A stretch of 64,000 nt of DNA from Vermamoeba vermiformis (taxonomy: Eukaryota). The DNA lies in assembly GCA_045837725.1 (NCBI GenBank), contig JBEWZL010000212.1:1-64000 (forward strand), read 5' to 3'. How positions within the stretch are numbered: position 1 is the first letter of the stretch; every line of letters starts with the position of its first letter. Made by a program: the position numbers and the translations under genes. The notes below the pieces were generated by a model. The model ran no database searches, had not been told where the DNA came from, and saw only the letters and a list, made by a program, of their open reading frames with translations. This document shows positions 1-14,659 of this stretch, in pieces.

Positions 1-573
1 CCAAAGACCGTATTTTAGCAGGAGAAAATTTTTTAAGAGTACAGCCAACAGTATTCCACCTTATTGGCGGTTCTTCGGTGGAAATTGGTTTTTCGTTTTT
101 GGATGTCACCAAAATATTCTAAATCTGTAACGCACTTGGCATTATTTAGCCATCGCTTGCAAGTCGTAGACGTTCTGCGTTAATAAATACAGAATTAAAA
201 AATTAATTTTAATTTTAATAATTATTGTAATTCGAGTTCAATTTTCTTTGCAACAAACAATACCTTATTACAGTATGAGTGTCCAACATCCTAATTATGA
301 ATACATTAAGCTCTGAAGGAAGCTGCTCGAACAAGCATTGTTGATTGTCCATTGTGGTCTTCGTTGCGCAACGGTTCGAATAAAATTAACGGTGAGCCTG
401 GCTCATATAATAAATCACTATCGCTACGTGTCAGCAATTTTAGTACAAGTCGCAACGAAGAGTTCGCTCGGTAGTCGTACCTAATAAATGGAATAAAGGA
501 CTCGATATTTTTTTAATTTGTGTATTTTTATGGGTTTTTAATGTTACAAGATGCTCGTAGGCGATCAAATAAT

Positions 574-1752
<1,179 letters not shown>

Positions 1753-2303
1753 TCAAAAGATATTTGTAGTTGTTTGCCGAGATTTTTTTGGTCCACGTGC
1801 GATTTTTTTCTCTGGCTCATACTGCGCGCCTGAGTTTTCTGGCCTTCACGCTATTGGCCGGCTGTTTTTAGCCGCACAGGATTGGACAGTTGTGGTAAAT
1901 TTCGTAAAGCAAGGCGTTCACCAAAGATTGCTCAAGTTGCAATCAATTTCATATTTCGAAGCGCATCTTCTCGATCTGTTACGAAATTGCTGCTTTTCCG
2001 CTTGCGGCATCGTTGTGTGGCATTATTGCTGCACCAGACTGCGAGTTTCAGCTTGGTACAACGCAGATCCACAGCCTCGACTAAAAATTAACTTTTCAGC
2101 AGATTACGTCAATTTAAAAACGCAATCAGCCTCCACCCGTGGTATTATCATATTATACAATGTTTATCTAATACTCTTATCGACAACTGCCGTCAAGTAA
2201 GCGAAGATTCTCCGTTGGGCAAAGATTTTCGATCTGCTTACGTGCAGCCACGTTCAATCTTGACTGAAATTTGACCAGCACGTAGCTCAGCGCGGAGGCA
2301 GCA

Positions 2304-3570
2304 ATGAAGATACTCGTGTGCTTTAGTCTTGCACTGACTCTATTTGAGCTCTTCGCTTATTTGGTCCTCATCTCGCCGCTTGAGTGGAGTTCAAGTTTGC
2401 TTGGCGTGATCTTGAATCTTATTTTTTGGGTGTCCCTGCTCTCATTTATTTTTAACTATATTGTAGCGTGGCTTACGGACGCTGGAAGCTCTCCTCAGGA
2501 CTGGGTAAGTACCAGATTGAAACGGTAAAATTCGTAAATAATTTAAAAAATTTCAAATATATATTCCAAAGTTAGTTATGGAGATCTTTACTCACAAATA
2601 CTATATCTAACATTATCTATCGCATTAGAAGCCAAATGCATCTGAAGAAGAACTTGCAACGGTAATTTCGCAAGCAAACGCAGAGGAGTTGTCCCTTCGA
2701 GAAACATTTGATAAGCCGATTCGCTACTGTGCTAAATGTAAGAAGTTCAAGCCTCCTCGAGCTCATCATTGTCAATATTGCAAGAGGTAAGAAATTTTTG
2801 ATCAGATGCTAAACCAACACGTAATCTGACTCGCTTTATTAGATGTGTAGTGCGTATGGACCACCATTGTAAGTCTGATCATCATAGTTATACGCCTAAA
2901 GCTTCATTCATAAGACTAATTAGGTTCATGGATTGATAATTGCATTGGACACGGCAATATCAAAGCGTTCTTATTGTTTCTACTCTCTGCAACTACTGCA
3001 CTACTTACTTTATCAACGATGTACATATTATCTTTCATTCAAGTCTTTTGGTTTGGATCAGTAAGTTAGATGTCACATTTCAATCCCGATAAAATTAATT
3101 TTGACACTTAGCCTTAAAAAATCTTGTCAGTTAATATCGTAATACTGTCATAATGATTAATAAGCAATATTACATAGGTTCACCATCCTTACACGTTGTT
3201 CCATTGGTGCTTGTTCTTTTTGTCTTTTGGAGCGCTGTTCATTGCTACCATATTCGTGACGTTTACGTGCCACGATAACTGGATCTTGGTGCTGACAAAT
3301 CAAACTACCATCGAGTTGAGTGCTATTGGATGGGCTGAAAGTGCGTGCAAGAGCAAGGGAGAGGTAAAGAATTTTTTTTTCAGGAGATCGTGCTCCGTCT
3401 AACGACTTGATTAGAGGTTTAGATTTCCGTATGATAAAGGATTATGGCGTAATTTTACAGAAGTATTTGGTGCTAATCCGTTATTATGGCTGATTCCAAT
3501 TGAAACAAGTACGACTGATGGATTACATTATCCACCGTTCATGAGCGAACACGAAAAGAAAGTCAAATAA
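2304..3570 (+). CDS. DHHC-type protein S-acyltransferase (palmitoyltransferase), multi-exon
   Basis: Spliced exons give two N-terminal TM helices, [39 protein letters not shown], further TM helices, NQTTIE and PYDKGLWRNFTEVFG. Stop TAA at 3568-3570. Confidence 0.95.
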
Positions 3571-3755
3571 TACTACTAACAAATGTAAATAATAAACGCG
3601 CGGATTAAACTAAAAAACTCCGAGTATCTTTATACAAAAATAAACAAAACCTACAAGTATGTACATAAAATTTCGCATAGCAACAACGCGACCAAGTTGG
3701 ATCGACGCTCTAAAGGCATCAAAATCTAACTGCGCGTTTGCTGATGTTCATTCCT

Positions 3756-6071
3756 CTAATAGGAAAACATCAAATTGCCGTTATTGCCAGACACAAACAG
3801 TGACGAACTCTGATGGTTTTCATTGCAAAATCTGTTTGTGTGCGCACGAGGCGAGGCTGGCGAGTGATGATAATGGTTGAACTTGCTCGGACTCGCCGGG
3901 GACTGATTGTGCGCGTGGTGATGGTGGTGATTTCGATGTGCGTTATTGTTGAAATAACGCGGGCTATGTACAGGTGAACTGTGGTTCGAGTAGTGCTTGG
4001 GGCTCGTGTTAGGACTGTTGTAGCCGCTGTTGTGGTGGCTCAGCGCGGGAGAGCTTGGCGGTGACTTCGACTTGGGCTTCTTTTGGGCCATCACCACGTT
4101 GTTAGGGTTGTCCTTCTTAAACTTCATTTTCATCTGCTGCAACTCTTTTTTGCGCGCAATCAATCGACCACGCCAGACGCGCCACTCTTCCTCCGAGAGC
4201 TGGTTCATATCTACAGTGTGGCCAGTGCTCGAGGGCGGGGCCAAAGAAGGGTTCAATTTGAGCAGCTTTGCTACGGTCAGCATCAACTTGGACTGGTTCT
4301 CGTTGGTCTTGACGACGTGTTTGCACGAGATGTCGAGCCAGCAGGGATCTTTCTTCTCGAGTGAAGGGCTGTTGACGGGACTGGCAACGGAAATCAAATT
4401 GTTTGAAGTCGCGGCATTAGTTACGTTCCACGGGAAGTTGACCAAGAACTGTTGGTTTCGCTCCACGTAGAAGTAAATAATCAACGTGCCGCTGCTGCGC
4501 TTGATGGTAGCAATGGCGCGCTTGACTTGTTCCAAGGTGCCAGCAAATGCTGCTTTCTTGAAAACGACGGTGTCAGGAGCTTCAAAGAGCAACTCTTGAG
4601 CTTGGAACGGATTCTCTTCGTATTCGAGCTCTTCGACGTTTTCGAGGCCACATAAACGCATTTGCAATTCTGATTTCTTCGAGGTTTGAATGCTGACTTT
4701 CACAACTTGCTCAGCGGCGCTTTGAGGTTCAACAGCGAATCTGATCGTCGGTACAATTGACTTGACTTGCTGTAAAGTGCCGCGGAATTGGTAGACTTGA
4801 TACTTGTTGTGACTAGCAAACGGACTTTGCTTCTTATCGCAGAGCAAGGTTTTGTTAATTTTCTTGATCTCTCGGATCGTATTCAACATTGCAATTTCTT
4901 CTTGAGTTTGCGTTTGATCTACACAAATCGTTAGAAACTAGACTCACATTAAAACAGATTGCGGTCATCTGAGCGTAATGATTATGGATTTGGCAGGAAG
5001 TATCTATGGGAAAACTCGTTTGTGGATTCGACTTAAAAGGCAAATCCAATCACTGGTTCCTTTCTTGGATCCGATTTACCGTGCAATTAATTAATTTTGA
5101 TGACTTACCTTCGGTACTGGTGCTATAGAATAAGCATCCTTCGCTCATTAAGTTGAGGGCAACTGTTGCAATGTTGCGTGTGTCATCTAATCCCGAGTGT
5201 TGTCGTCCAGAAAAGTCCATATTCCATTTGCTTAGCATATTATCGATACCCTTTTAAGTGGAGGTGTTAACAATACTGGTTTCGGCCCGAGACAAGTTGT
5301 CAATGGAATAATTAAAGATCTTACCATTGCGCGAATCCCGTAAAACGCAGAAAACAATTGACGAACATCGACCCACTTGGAGAAGGCCAATTTCATGCGC
5401 TGAACAAGGTCATTGTGCTAATTGCAAATGTAATGTCAGAAACGTCATAGGTGAACTTGGATCTGGATTGTCGATCCGTCCCATATTTTGAAAATCGATT
5501 GAATACGGTTCATACCTTTCCATTGTCCAATTTTGAGAGTTCCAAGGCAATAAACTTCTTCATATCCCAAATACCATCGGTTACAAAGCAGAAAGAGCTC
5601 GCGCCTTCTTGGGATCCAAGGTTATTCTGCGCTAACCATTGATCGAATTGTTTAAGAACAACTGAAAATGGTTGGGCATTATCAACGGTGTCCTAGAAAA
5701 ATATTTATATTAATATCAGAGTTTATGAAAAAAGCAAGAAGGTTGCAGTTGACGAAGAATACGACAAGAATCAGCGATATTAATATTACCTGAGTAATGC
5801 CAGTGAGGATAGTGCAGAATTCGCTTAGTCGGGGGTTCAAACTGGGTCGGACGAAACGATGGAACTCTAATGAACGACGATCAGATTGGTCCGAACAAGG
5901 ACTCGAAAAACTAAATCACGTACCTGCTTCTTTTGAGAGAGTTCGTGAGTTAACGAGGATGACCGGGAACTCGATAATTTCATTTGGATAGTTTCGGTCG
6001 TTCTCCTCGCATGTGCACTCCAAATCCATGACAAGGTAGAAGTCGTAGGGTTGTTGGAGTAAGTGACCCAT
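3756..6071 (-). CDS. ERI1-family DEDDh 3'-5' exoribonuclease with long C-terminal extension, multi-exon
   Basis: Minus-strand exons read MGHLLQQPYDFYLVMDLECTCEE..EIIEFPVI, EFHRFVRPSLNPRLSEFCTILTGITQ, FVTDGIWD and GRQHSGLDDTRNIA, matching ExoI/II/III motifs of ERI-1/3'hExo. The join to ORF 3756..4889 is inferred from splice sites. Confidence 0.9.
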
Positions 6072-6651
6072 TTGTACGCCAGGCTAAATGAAATATAACA
6101 ACGGTGCAATACAGAGGTTCAAGTGAATGAACCCCGTGTGGTGTTGTTTGTGATCTGAACGAAGATTAATTCTGTTTTTTCACACGCGCGAAAAGTCTTG
6201 ATATTTTGGCGCGCAAAAAGATGTCAAATTTCTTGTCTGCGCCGAATGAGATTGGCTCTTTTTTTATTCACTGGCACGTGTTTAAGTACCACGATTTCTC
6301 CATTCTCCCGCAGCCCGAGCTTTAGTAGAAAATTTTTGGTGCGAAACTTTTAATCCGGATTGACCTCCACAATCAGCCGATTATTGAATTAATTTCCCAC
6401 GAATCTTATAATATTTGTCTTAATTTTGAATAATTTCTATTACGGTTAGTGCAGAACTCGAGAAGGGCATTCCCTCTTCACCGACGAGAATCTGCTTACC
6501 ACAAGCATAAATGAACATGAAGGTATTATCACATAATGTCTCGATACCCTATCTTATAAGAATTGCGTCTCTTGTGTTTTGCGCACGCAGAAAGTTTTGG
6601 TTAATGAATGGCACGCGCTAACGATTCTCTATTTTCGATAATCACTGCAAG

Positions 6652-8323
<1,672 letters not shown>

Positions 8324-8881
8324 ACTAATGTATGAAAATGTACTCAATGTAATTTATTTGGTAATTTTGTCGCGAATAAAACTACTAATACGTCAATTCA
8401 AATAATTCTTCCTGAATTGCCGAATAATGTTAGAATCGGAGCTAAAAATACAATTAATTAAAATCGGTACAATCAATCTCAAATAACGGCAATCATCATA
8501 TCGTACGCAAACAAATCTATGGTCATTATATTTCGACAACACAGTATAAAATGTTTCGATTAATTGCATTTGTGTGACCAGTCCAAATTTTGTGCTGCGC
8601 ATCTATCTCGACTTCTTTAGTGTACAAACAATTAATTGCTTGCCATGTTTCTGTACGTTTCGCTAAAAACTGTGGATCAGAAGCAGAAAGATTTTCTTGC
8701 AAAGTTTAATAAAACTTCTCACCCGGAAAACTGCGTTAATTAGCGCAGCCCGACAATCGAAAGCCAAGTATTGATCTGGTTTGTATTTTAGAGACGTTGG
8801 ATTGAACTCCTCCGACACTCTATAATAACATTTGGATCAGTTTTCTAAACAAACTGTATTTTGGTTCCAAATAGAAACAAG

Positions 8882-11800
8882 ATGGCGGAGTTAAAGCATA
8901 GTATCAGCAATGACTCCTTGTCTGATTCTATGGGCTTCCGGACCCCAAGAGAAAGTCCATATAGTCAAGGGCTGTTTTTTGGAACATCTCTGCAGCAACT
9001 GCTTTTGGATTCGTTAGGTCAAAAAAATAATCCGAAAAAGCTAGTTCCTGAATGGATTATGGCCAGCTCGAACTATTTAATGAATGAAGGTAATTTTTAA
9101 ATTACTATCGGCAATTTTGTCGGATTAAATTTCTTGGTGCTGTAGTAATATCAAGAGCAATAATATTCACAAATATAGTATCATTAGTACTCTATATTTT
9201 CAATTTTATTATTATTTTAACTATTTGAGTTCAGTAAGGAATAAAGAAACTTGGATTTTGTCCCTGCGCAATAGAAGCGATGTCAAAAAGTTCATGGAAC
9301 AGCTGCATAAATCAACTAATGGTAAATAGTGCGATTTTTAGCATAAATCCTTGTTTGCAAAAACAGTATCAACTTCGATTATCAGTTTGCCAAATCCATA
9401 AACATTAAAAATCAGAAATATTATATTGTTTACGTAAAGTACTATTCTGCGACTAATTGTTTTTATTATAACAGATACTAAGTTTGATTTCAAAAACTTT
9501 ACTCCTGCAACGATCTTCAATGTTCTAAAAACGTTTTTGGGAAAGCTACCAACTCCGTTGATGACGTTCGAACTGCACGAGCTATTTACGAGCGCGTCAT
9601 GTAAGATTCGTTCAGTGAAATTACATTTAATTAAGTGGTTACACGTGTTTGTCCTTATTTAGCAATTTACGCTAGTTTTTCAAAATCTATTTTTGGCTCA
9701 TCTTATAAGTCAAGTCAATATTTGCAGCTAATCTAATCGTAATATTATAGTCCCAGAATTATTGGATAAAGAAGAGCACTTGAATTTTACGCGCAAAATA
9801 GTTTCTTGCTTGCCCGATATAGAGCGCGATACACTAGCGCAAATAATCGAAACTTCGCACGCGATTTTGAGTTCAAATGTTGGCGACGAGAACAAAGAAT
9901 TATTTTTAAAGGGTTTAGGTAACAAATTTAAATGATAAATTATTACCAAATGAGGAAATGGGACTAATAAGGGAATTTCTTTCAGGCCCCGTCATTTTAA
10001 TGCGGAAGGGTGTACAAGAGTCAAAGAAAGAAGACGACGGCGATTCAGTAGCCTTGATGCGATACATGTCAGACAACTTTGAAGATATTTTTATGAACGT
10101 AAGTGCACTTACTGGCAGGTTTCAAGTCGTACACGTGGGTCTTATTTTCCTTATATAGAACCCAGAGTTCAATAAGAAAACGCCGCCCGTGTGGCTGATT
10201 AAAATCAACGAAAGCAAGTTGCAGTTATTAGACGCCAGCATTGCAAAATTAGCACGTGTTGTGGACTACTTGAAGAAATACAACGACACATTGTACATGA
10301 AAATGAGCACCGAATTCAAAGCTAACGTGGCACTGTGCGACTTGAAGTTGTCAATCGCCAAAGAGTATTTGAACCCGAGCAAGTTGACGAAATTAGTGTA
10401 CAGCTATCACTTGGAACGATTCAACTATTACTTGGCAAGCTTATATGACACACTCTATCAAGCAGGTATCAACAAACGATTAGAACGATTGATTGAAAGT
10501 CCTCATCTCTACGGCACCGTTCAAAAGCTGTTGTTATCAATGCAATACGAGTTGGATATTTTCATGTTTTACTTTGATCGTATCGTTGGATTCCCGTCAC
10601 GAACAGATACACAAAAGCGAGATATCTTCATGAAGTGCACGTTGGCCTCGTTGCCTGACCTTGCTACTAAAGAAGTGTGGCGAGACTTTGTTGGCATTGA
10701 CGTAAGTTCAGCTCGAGTTTGGCTTTATTAGATACGCTAATAATTGCATTTTACAGAAATTTATGGCTCCTCGACAAAGGTTTATCGACGCATATTTGTC
10801 AGCGTTAAATTTGCCTGCTGATTATTTTTCGCTCGAGCTTACCGCTAAATTATTCACCGTCCTTGGTACGTCATAGATTTAATTGATAATCATATCGTTC
10901 AATGCTAATTTTGTGACTTAGACGTGCACAATACTGGCTTTATCACTGTATTTTCATTTGGTGATTTTATGCGCGCCTTTGGACCTTTCAAACAAAGCGC
11001 TAACAAAGCACGAGAAACACTGCAGGCCGAGTACGTAGCAAGATAATAATTAGACATCATGATCTAGTTGAGTCTAACGTTACTTAGATGGTTCTATGGC
11101 TATGCGTCACGCAAAGAGACGTCACGGTTGTTAGAGTCAACGCAATGTGGCACGTTCTTAGTGCGATTTAGTACGTCACCGGGTGACTTTGCAATTGATT
11201 TTAAAGACGAGCGGGGGTCAATTAGCTCTATTAAAGTTGAGACCGATCGTGAGCAGAACGGGTAAGCTCTTGCACTAGTGTACATACTGCAGTCGCGCTG
11301 ACATTTGTGTTAGTTATTGCATTCGTGAGGGCAACGAACTGAAGTTGTACCCGTCACTTGCCGCGCTAATCAAAGTGTTCGATAATGCTCTGCAATATCC
11401 CTACACTGAAAATCTTGTTCAAGAGCCGTAAGTCAAACTAACACACAATACTCGATGATAGAAGCGCTAATGTTATTTACATATAGTTGGTTCTTTGGTG
11501 ATTTGTCCTCGGACGAGTGCCAGTTCTTTTTGAGCGACGAGCCTTCAGGATCATATTTGATTCGTTTCAGTTCTCAGGCTAATAATTTGACGTTGTCGGT
11601 GCTATTCGATAACGTTATTCAGCACCATAGATTGGAGGTACGTCGATACTTGAAGCGTTCCACAAAAATTTTGGTCTGATCACTATTCGTAGCGGTTACC
11701 GGACGGTCGGATATACTTCCCAAATAAGAAGCGCGAGTACGATAATATTTTAGTGTTTTTGAAAGAGAACGAAGACTTGTGCATTCATCCGTTCTTCAAC

Positions 11801-13688
11801 GACAATACCATTTCGCATACACAACGCGAAGACGAAGAAAAGAAGATGAGATACGTGCCTGCAGCGTTGATTATGGAGGAGTATATGGAATATTTGGAGT
11901 CCGTTAAGAAGGGCACAAATGACGGCACTCGTCCAAGTACGTACTTGAAGTCTGATTGTAGAGACCGAACATTGACCTAATGCACTATCGTTGTAGGAGG
12001 ATTATCAGACGCCGAGCAGTTGTTGTCGAAGTAAGTACCGTGTTGTGAATATAAGGCGTAGAATCGAGGCTAATTACCGTTGACTTCAGGAGCTTTACCG
12101 AGCAGTTAAATCACCACGAGCAACGTTCCATGTTCGATTATTTGTTTAGGCTGTCTCCCGAAGAACAAGAGCGCGTCGTTAAGAAGGTGCGCAAGTTAAC
12201 CGGTGGCCTTTCAAACAGCGGTGGTACGGGAACATAAGACGAATTTGCAAGTACAATTTGTTTACGCTAACCTTTCTTTAGACAAGAGAAAAACAGTCAA
12301 AAAGGCAACGTTGCTAAAGGTATCATCAACGGTCCTCGAAAAGAAAGAAGCAGAGCTGAACAAAGTACATTTGCTGTCAATCACAATTAACAATCCTCTG
12401 CGCTGCGGTGTCACTTTCTCAGTGCGACAAAAGCAGCACATTGCACGACGATATTTCTTCGGCATTTCACCAGCGGCAGGTCAAATCGAAAAAGGCAAAT
12501 CAATCACGATTACAATTGCCGTTGTGCTGTACCAGCCTATTATGGCACGCATCGTGGTACCGGTCTACTTCGAGTCAGAAGACAAAGAATACAAGGAGTA
12601 CATTCACTTCGCTATTCGTGTCTCATGCTCAAAGACTGCGTTGTTGCGAGAAATCGATCCTGTAAGTAATTTTGCAACGCCTTGTAGGCCTCGTGCTAAC
12701 GTGCTATTTTTAGCCTCCATTTTGGGTCGTGAGTCGTAGTGAAGTTGATATTAAGGAACGACTTGGCGGTGGTGCTAGTGCCAGTGTATTTGCAGCTAGT
12801 TTATACGGAGCTGATGGTAAGGCTTGACGGCTCGTGTTGTTTAAATGTTTGCTAATAACGTTGTTGTTATTTAGTTGCGTTCAAAAACTGGGACTTGGGC
12901 AAGAAAGATCCAACACCACGTGATTGTTTAGCTGAGCTCGAAGTCTTCCGCGCTTATCAACACGACAATTTATTGCCGTTTGTTGGTGGCATCACGGAAG
13001 TCGGCAACGCGTACATTATCACCGAACTCGCGGTCAATGGCAGTCTTGACGGTTATTTGCAACGTCAACGCTCGCTGACCATGTTGGACAAGATCCAAAT
13101 TGCCGTAGACATTGCACGCGGCATGGCTTTCTTACACGAGAACAACAGATTGCATCGTGATTTAAAGAGTCTTAACATTCTCATTGACGCGCAAAAGAGC
13201 GCTAAAGTGGCTGATTTTGGCGAGAGTCGTACAGCTGCTGACACGATGACAATGGGCACGGGCACAAATAACTGGTACGAACCTCGGCTACTTGCCATGT
13301 AATACATACTCATCGAATATAACTAATGTGTATGTTATAGGATGGCTCCTGAAGTGTACTCGTCAATGAACTACACGGCTAAAGCAGATGTGTTCAGTTT
13401 TGGAATTATTTTGTGGGAGTTGTTAACTAACCAATTACCAAATCGAACTTATAAGGACGTAGCGGTAAGTACTTAAATGAGCTTGATTAAGCCGTGCGCT
13501 GTTGCTGATCTTGAATCCGATCGCAGGAAGGAGTAGTTCCACCCATTGATCAGCTCACGGAAGAGGCATTGCCCGAGTACTGCGCACTGATTAAGATGTG
13601 CTGTCGAAAGAATCCGAACAAACGACCTTCATTCCCCACACTAGTTCGGAAGTTGAAGATCATCAAAGAAAAATTCCTCGTCAAGTAA
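8882..13688 (+). CDS. Multidomain kinase: RhoGAP-like - helical/EF-like - SH2 - SH2 - beta-rich - TKL kinase, multi-exon
   Basis: LFFGTSL..VPEWI and [14 protein letters not shown] (RhoGAP-like); [12 protein letters not shown] and [12 protein letters not shown] (SH2); [35 protein letters not shown] (kinase). The single-gene model is inferred from continuous splice signals. Confidence 0.8.
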
Positions 13689-14659
13689 AGTACGAATATA
13701 GATTATTGGAGGATCTGTATTTGTATGTATTAGTTGCACTAGTTTTGTATGTACATTAATTAAATTGCGTCAATAAAAACGTACTTCATCGGCAAGCAGC
13801 TAATATAAAAACTGTTTCTTCTTAAGAAAAAGAGGACGCAACATTACATTGGATCGCAAATATGAAGCTAAATATAAATAATACAATAGTGAGATTACAA
13901 GCAAGAGGTGTTATTTTGGAGATGCGCGAAAGTCAAGTGAATCTGGTAAGGAGGACAAACCTCGAAACATTTTTTAGCAATTTAATTTATTATTGCCTAT
14001 GATTAAAGAGGTATGGTGAGTCAATAAAGCCTCGATTTGTTTTTTTCTGAAATTTTTTTGATCGAGGTTTTTATTGGTGATCCTTGACATCTAAAAGAAC
14101 TGATGTTATTTTCCTTATATGAGGCAATTAAAATCCTCGAAGTGGATTAACTCGTTAAGAAATTAAGAGCTGATTTTTAGTTTTTTAACACTTCAATGAT
14201 GATAGCAGAACAGATTTTGAGAATAATCTTCGGATTATTTGGTGACGATTGTTTCTCTACACACTTACACTATTGCTTCTGAGAAGTGTATAATAATATC
14301 TTTTCAGTTCAGATCGGACTAACTTTTGTCCTTCCACAGAGCCCAAACTCTTGCTAGTTTAGAGCGGCCTTAGTATCGCAGGTAAGATGCATTATTAGTT
14401 ATACGTATTTTTGTCGTACACAATTCAATTCGCCGGATCGCGGAAACGTCGCAAAAATAGCCGCTGATTTCAGACTGAGAGTCAGCAAGGCTCGAGATTT
14501 GAGACTTCATACATATAGTTCGTATATATGACAATATATCCTATTCGAATAAAGCGTTGCACTATTGAAACAAATGCAAACAAAGAATATAAAATCAAGC
14601 CATTTGTGTCCGTAATTATTTACTTCCGATTATCCGTTTGTCAGTAGCTGTTAAACACA

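Noticed and set aside
13700-14650. AT-rich spacer with a few splice-like signals
   Set aside because: No coherent ORF, terminal repeats or RNA structure; possibly UTR exons of the patatin gene.
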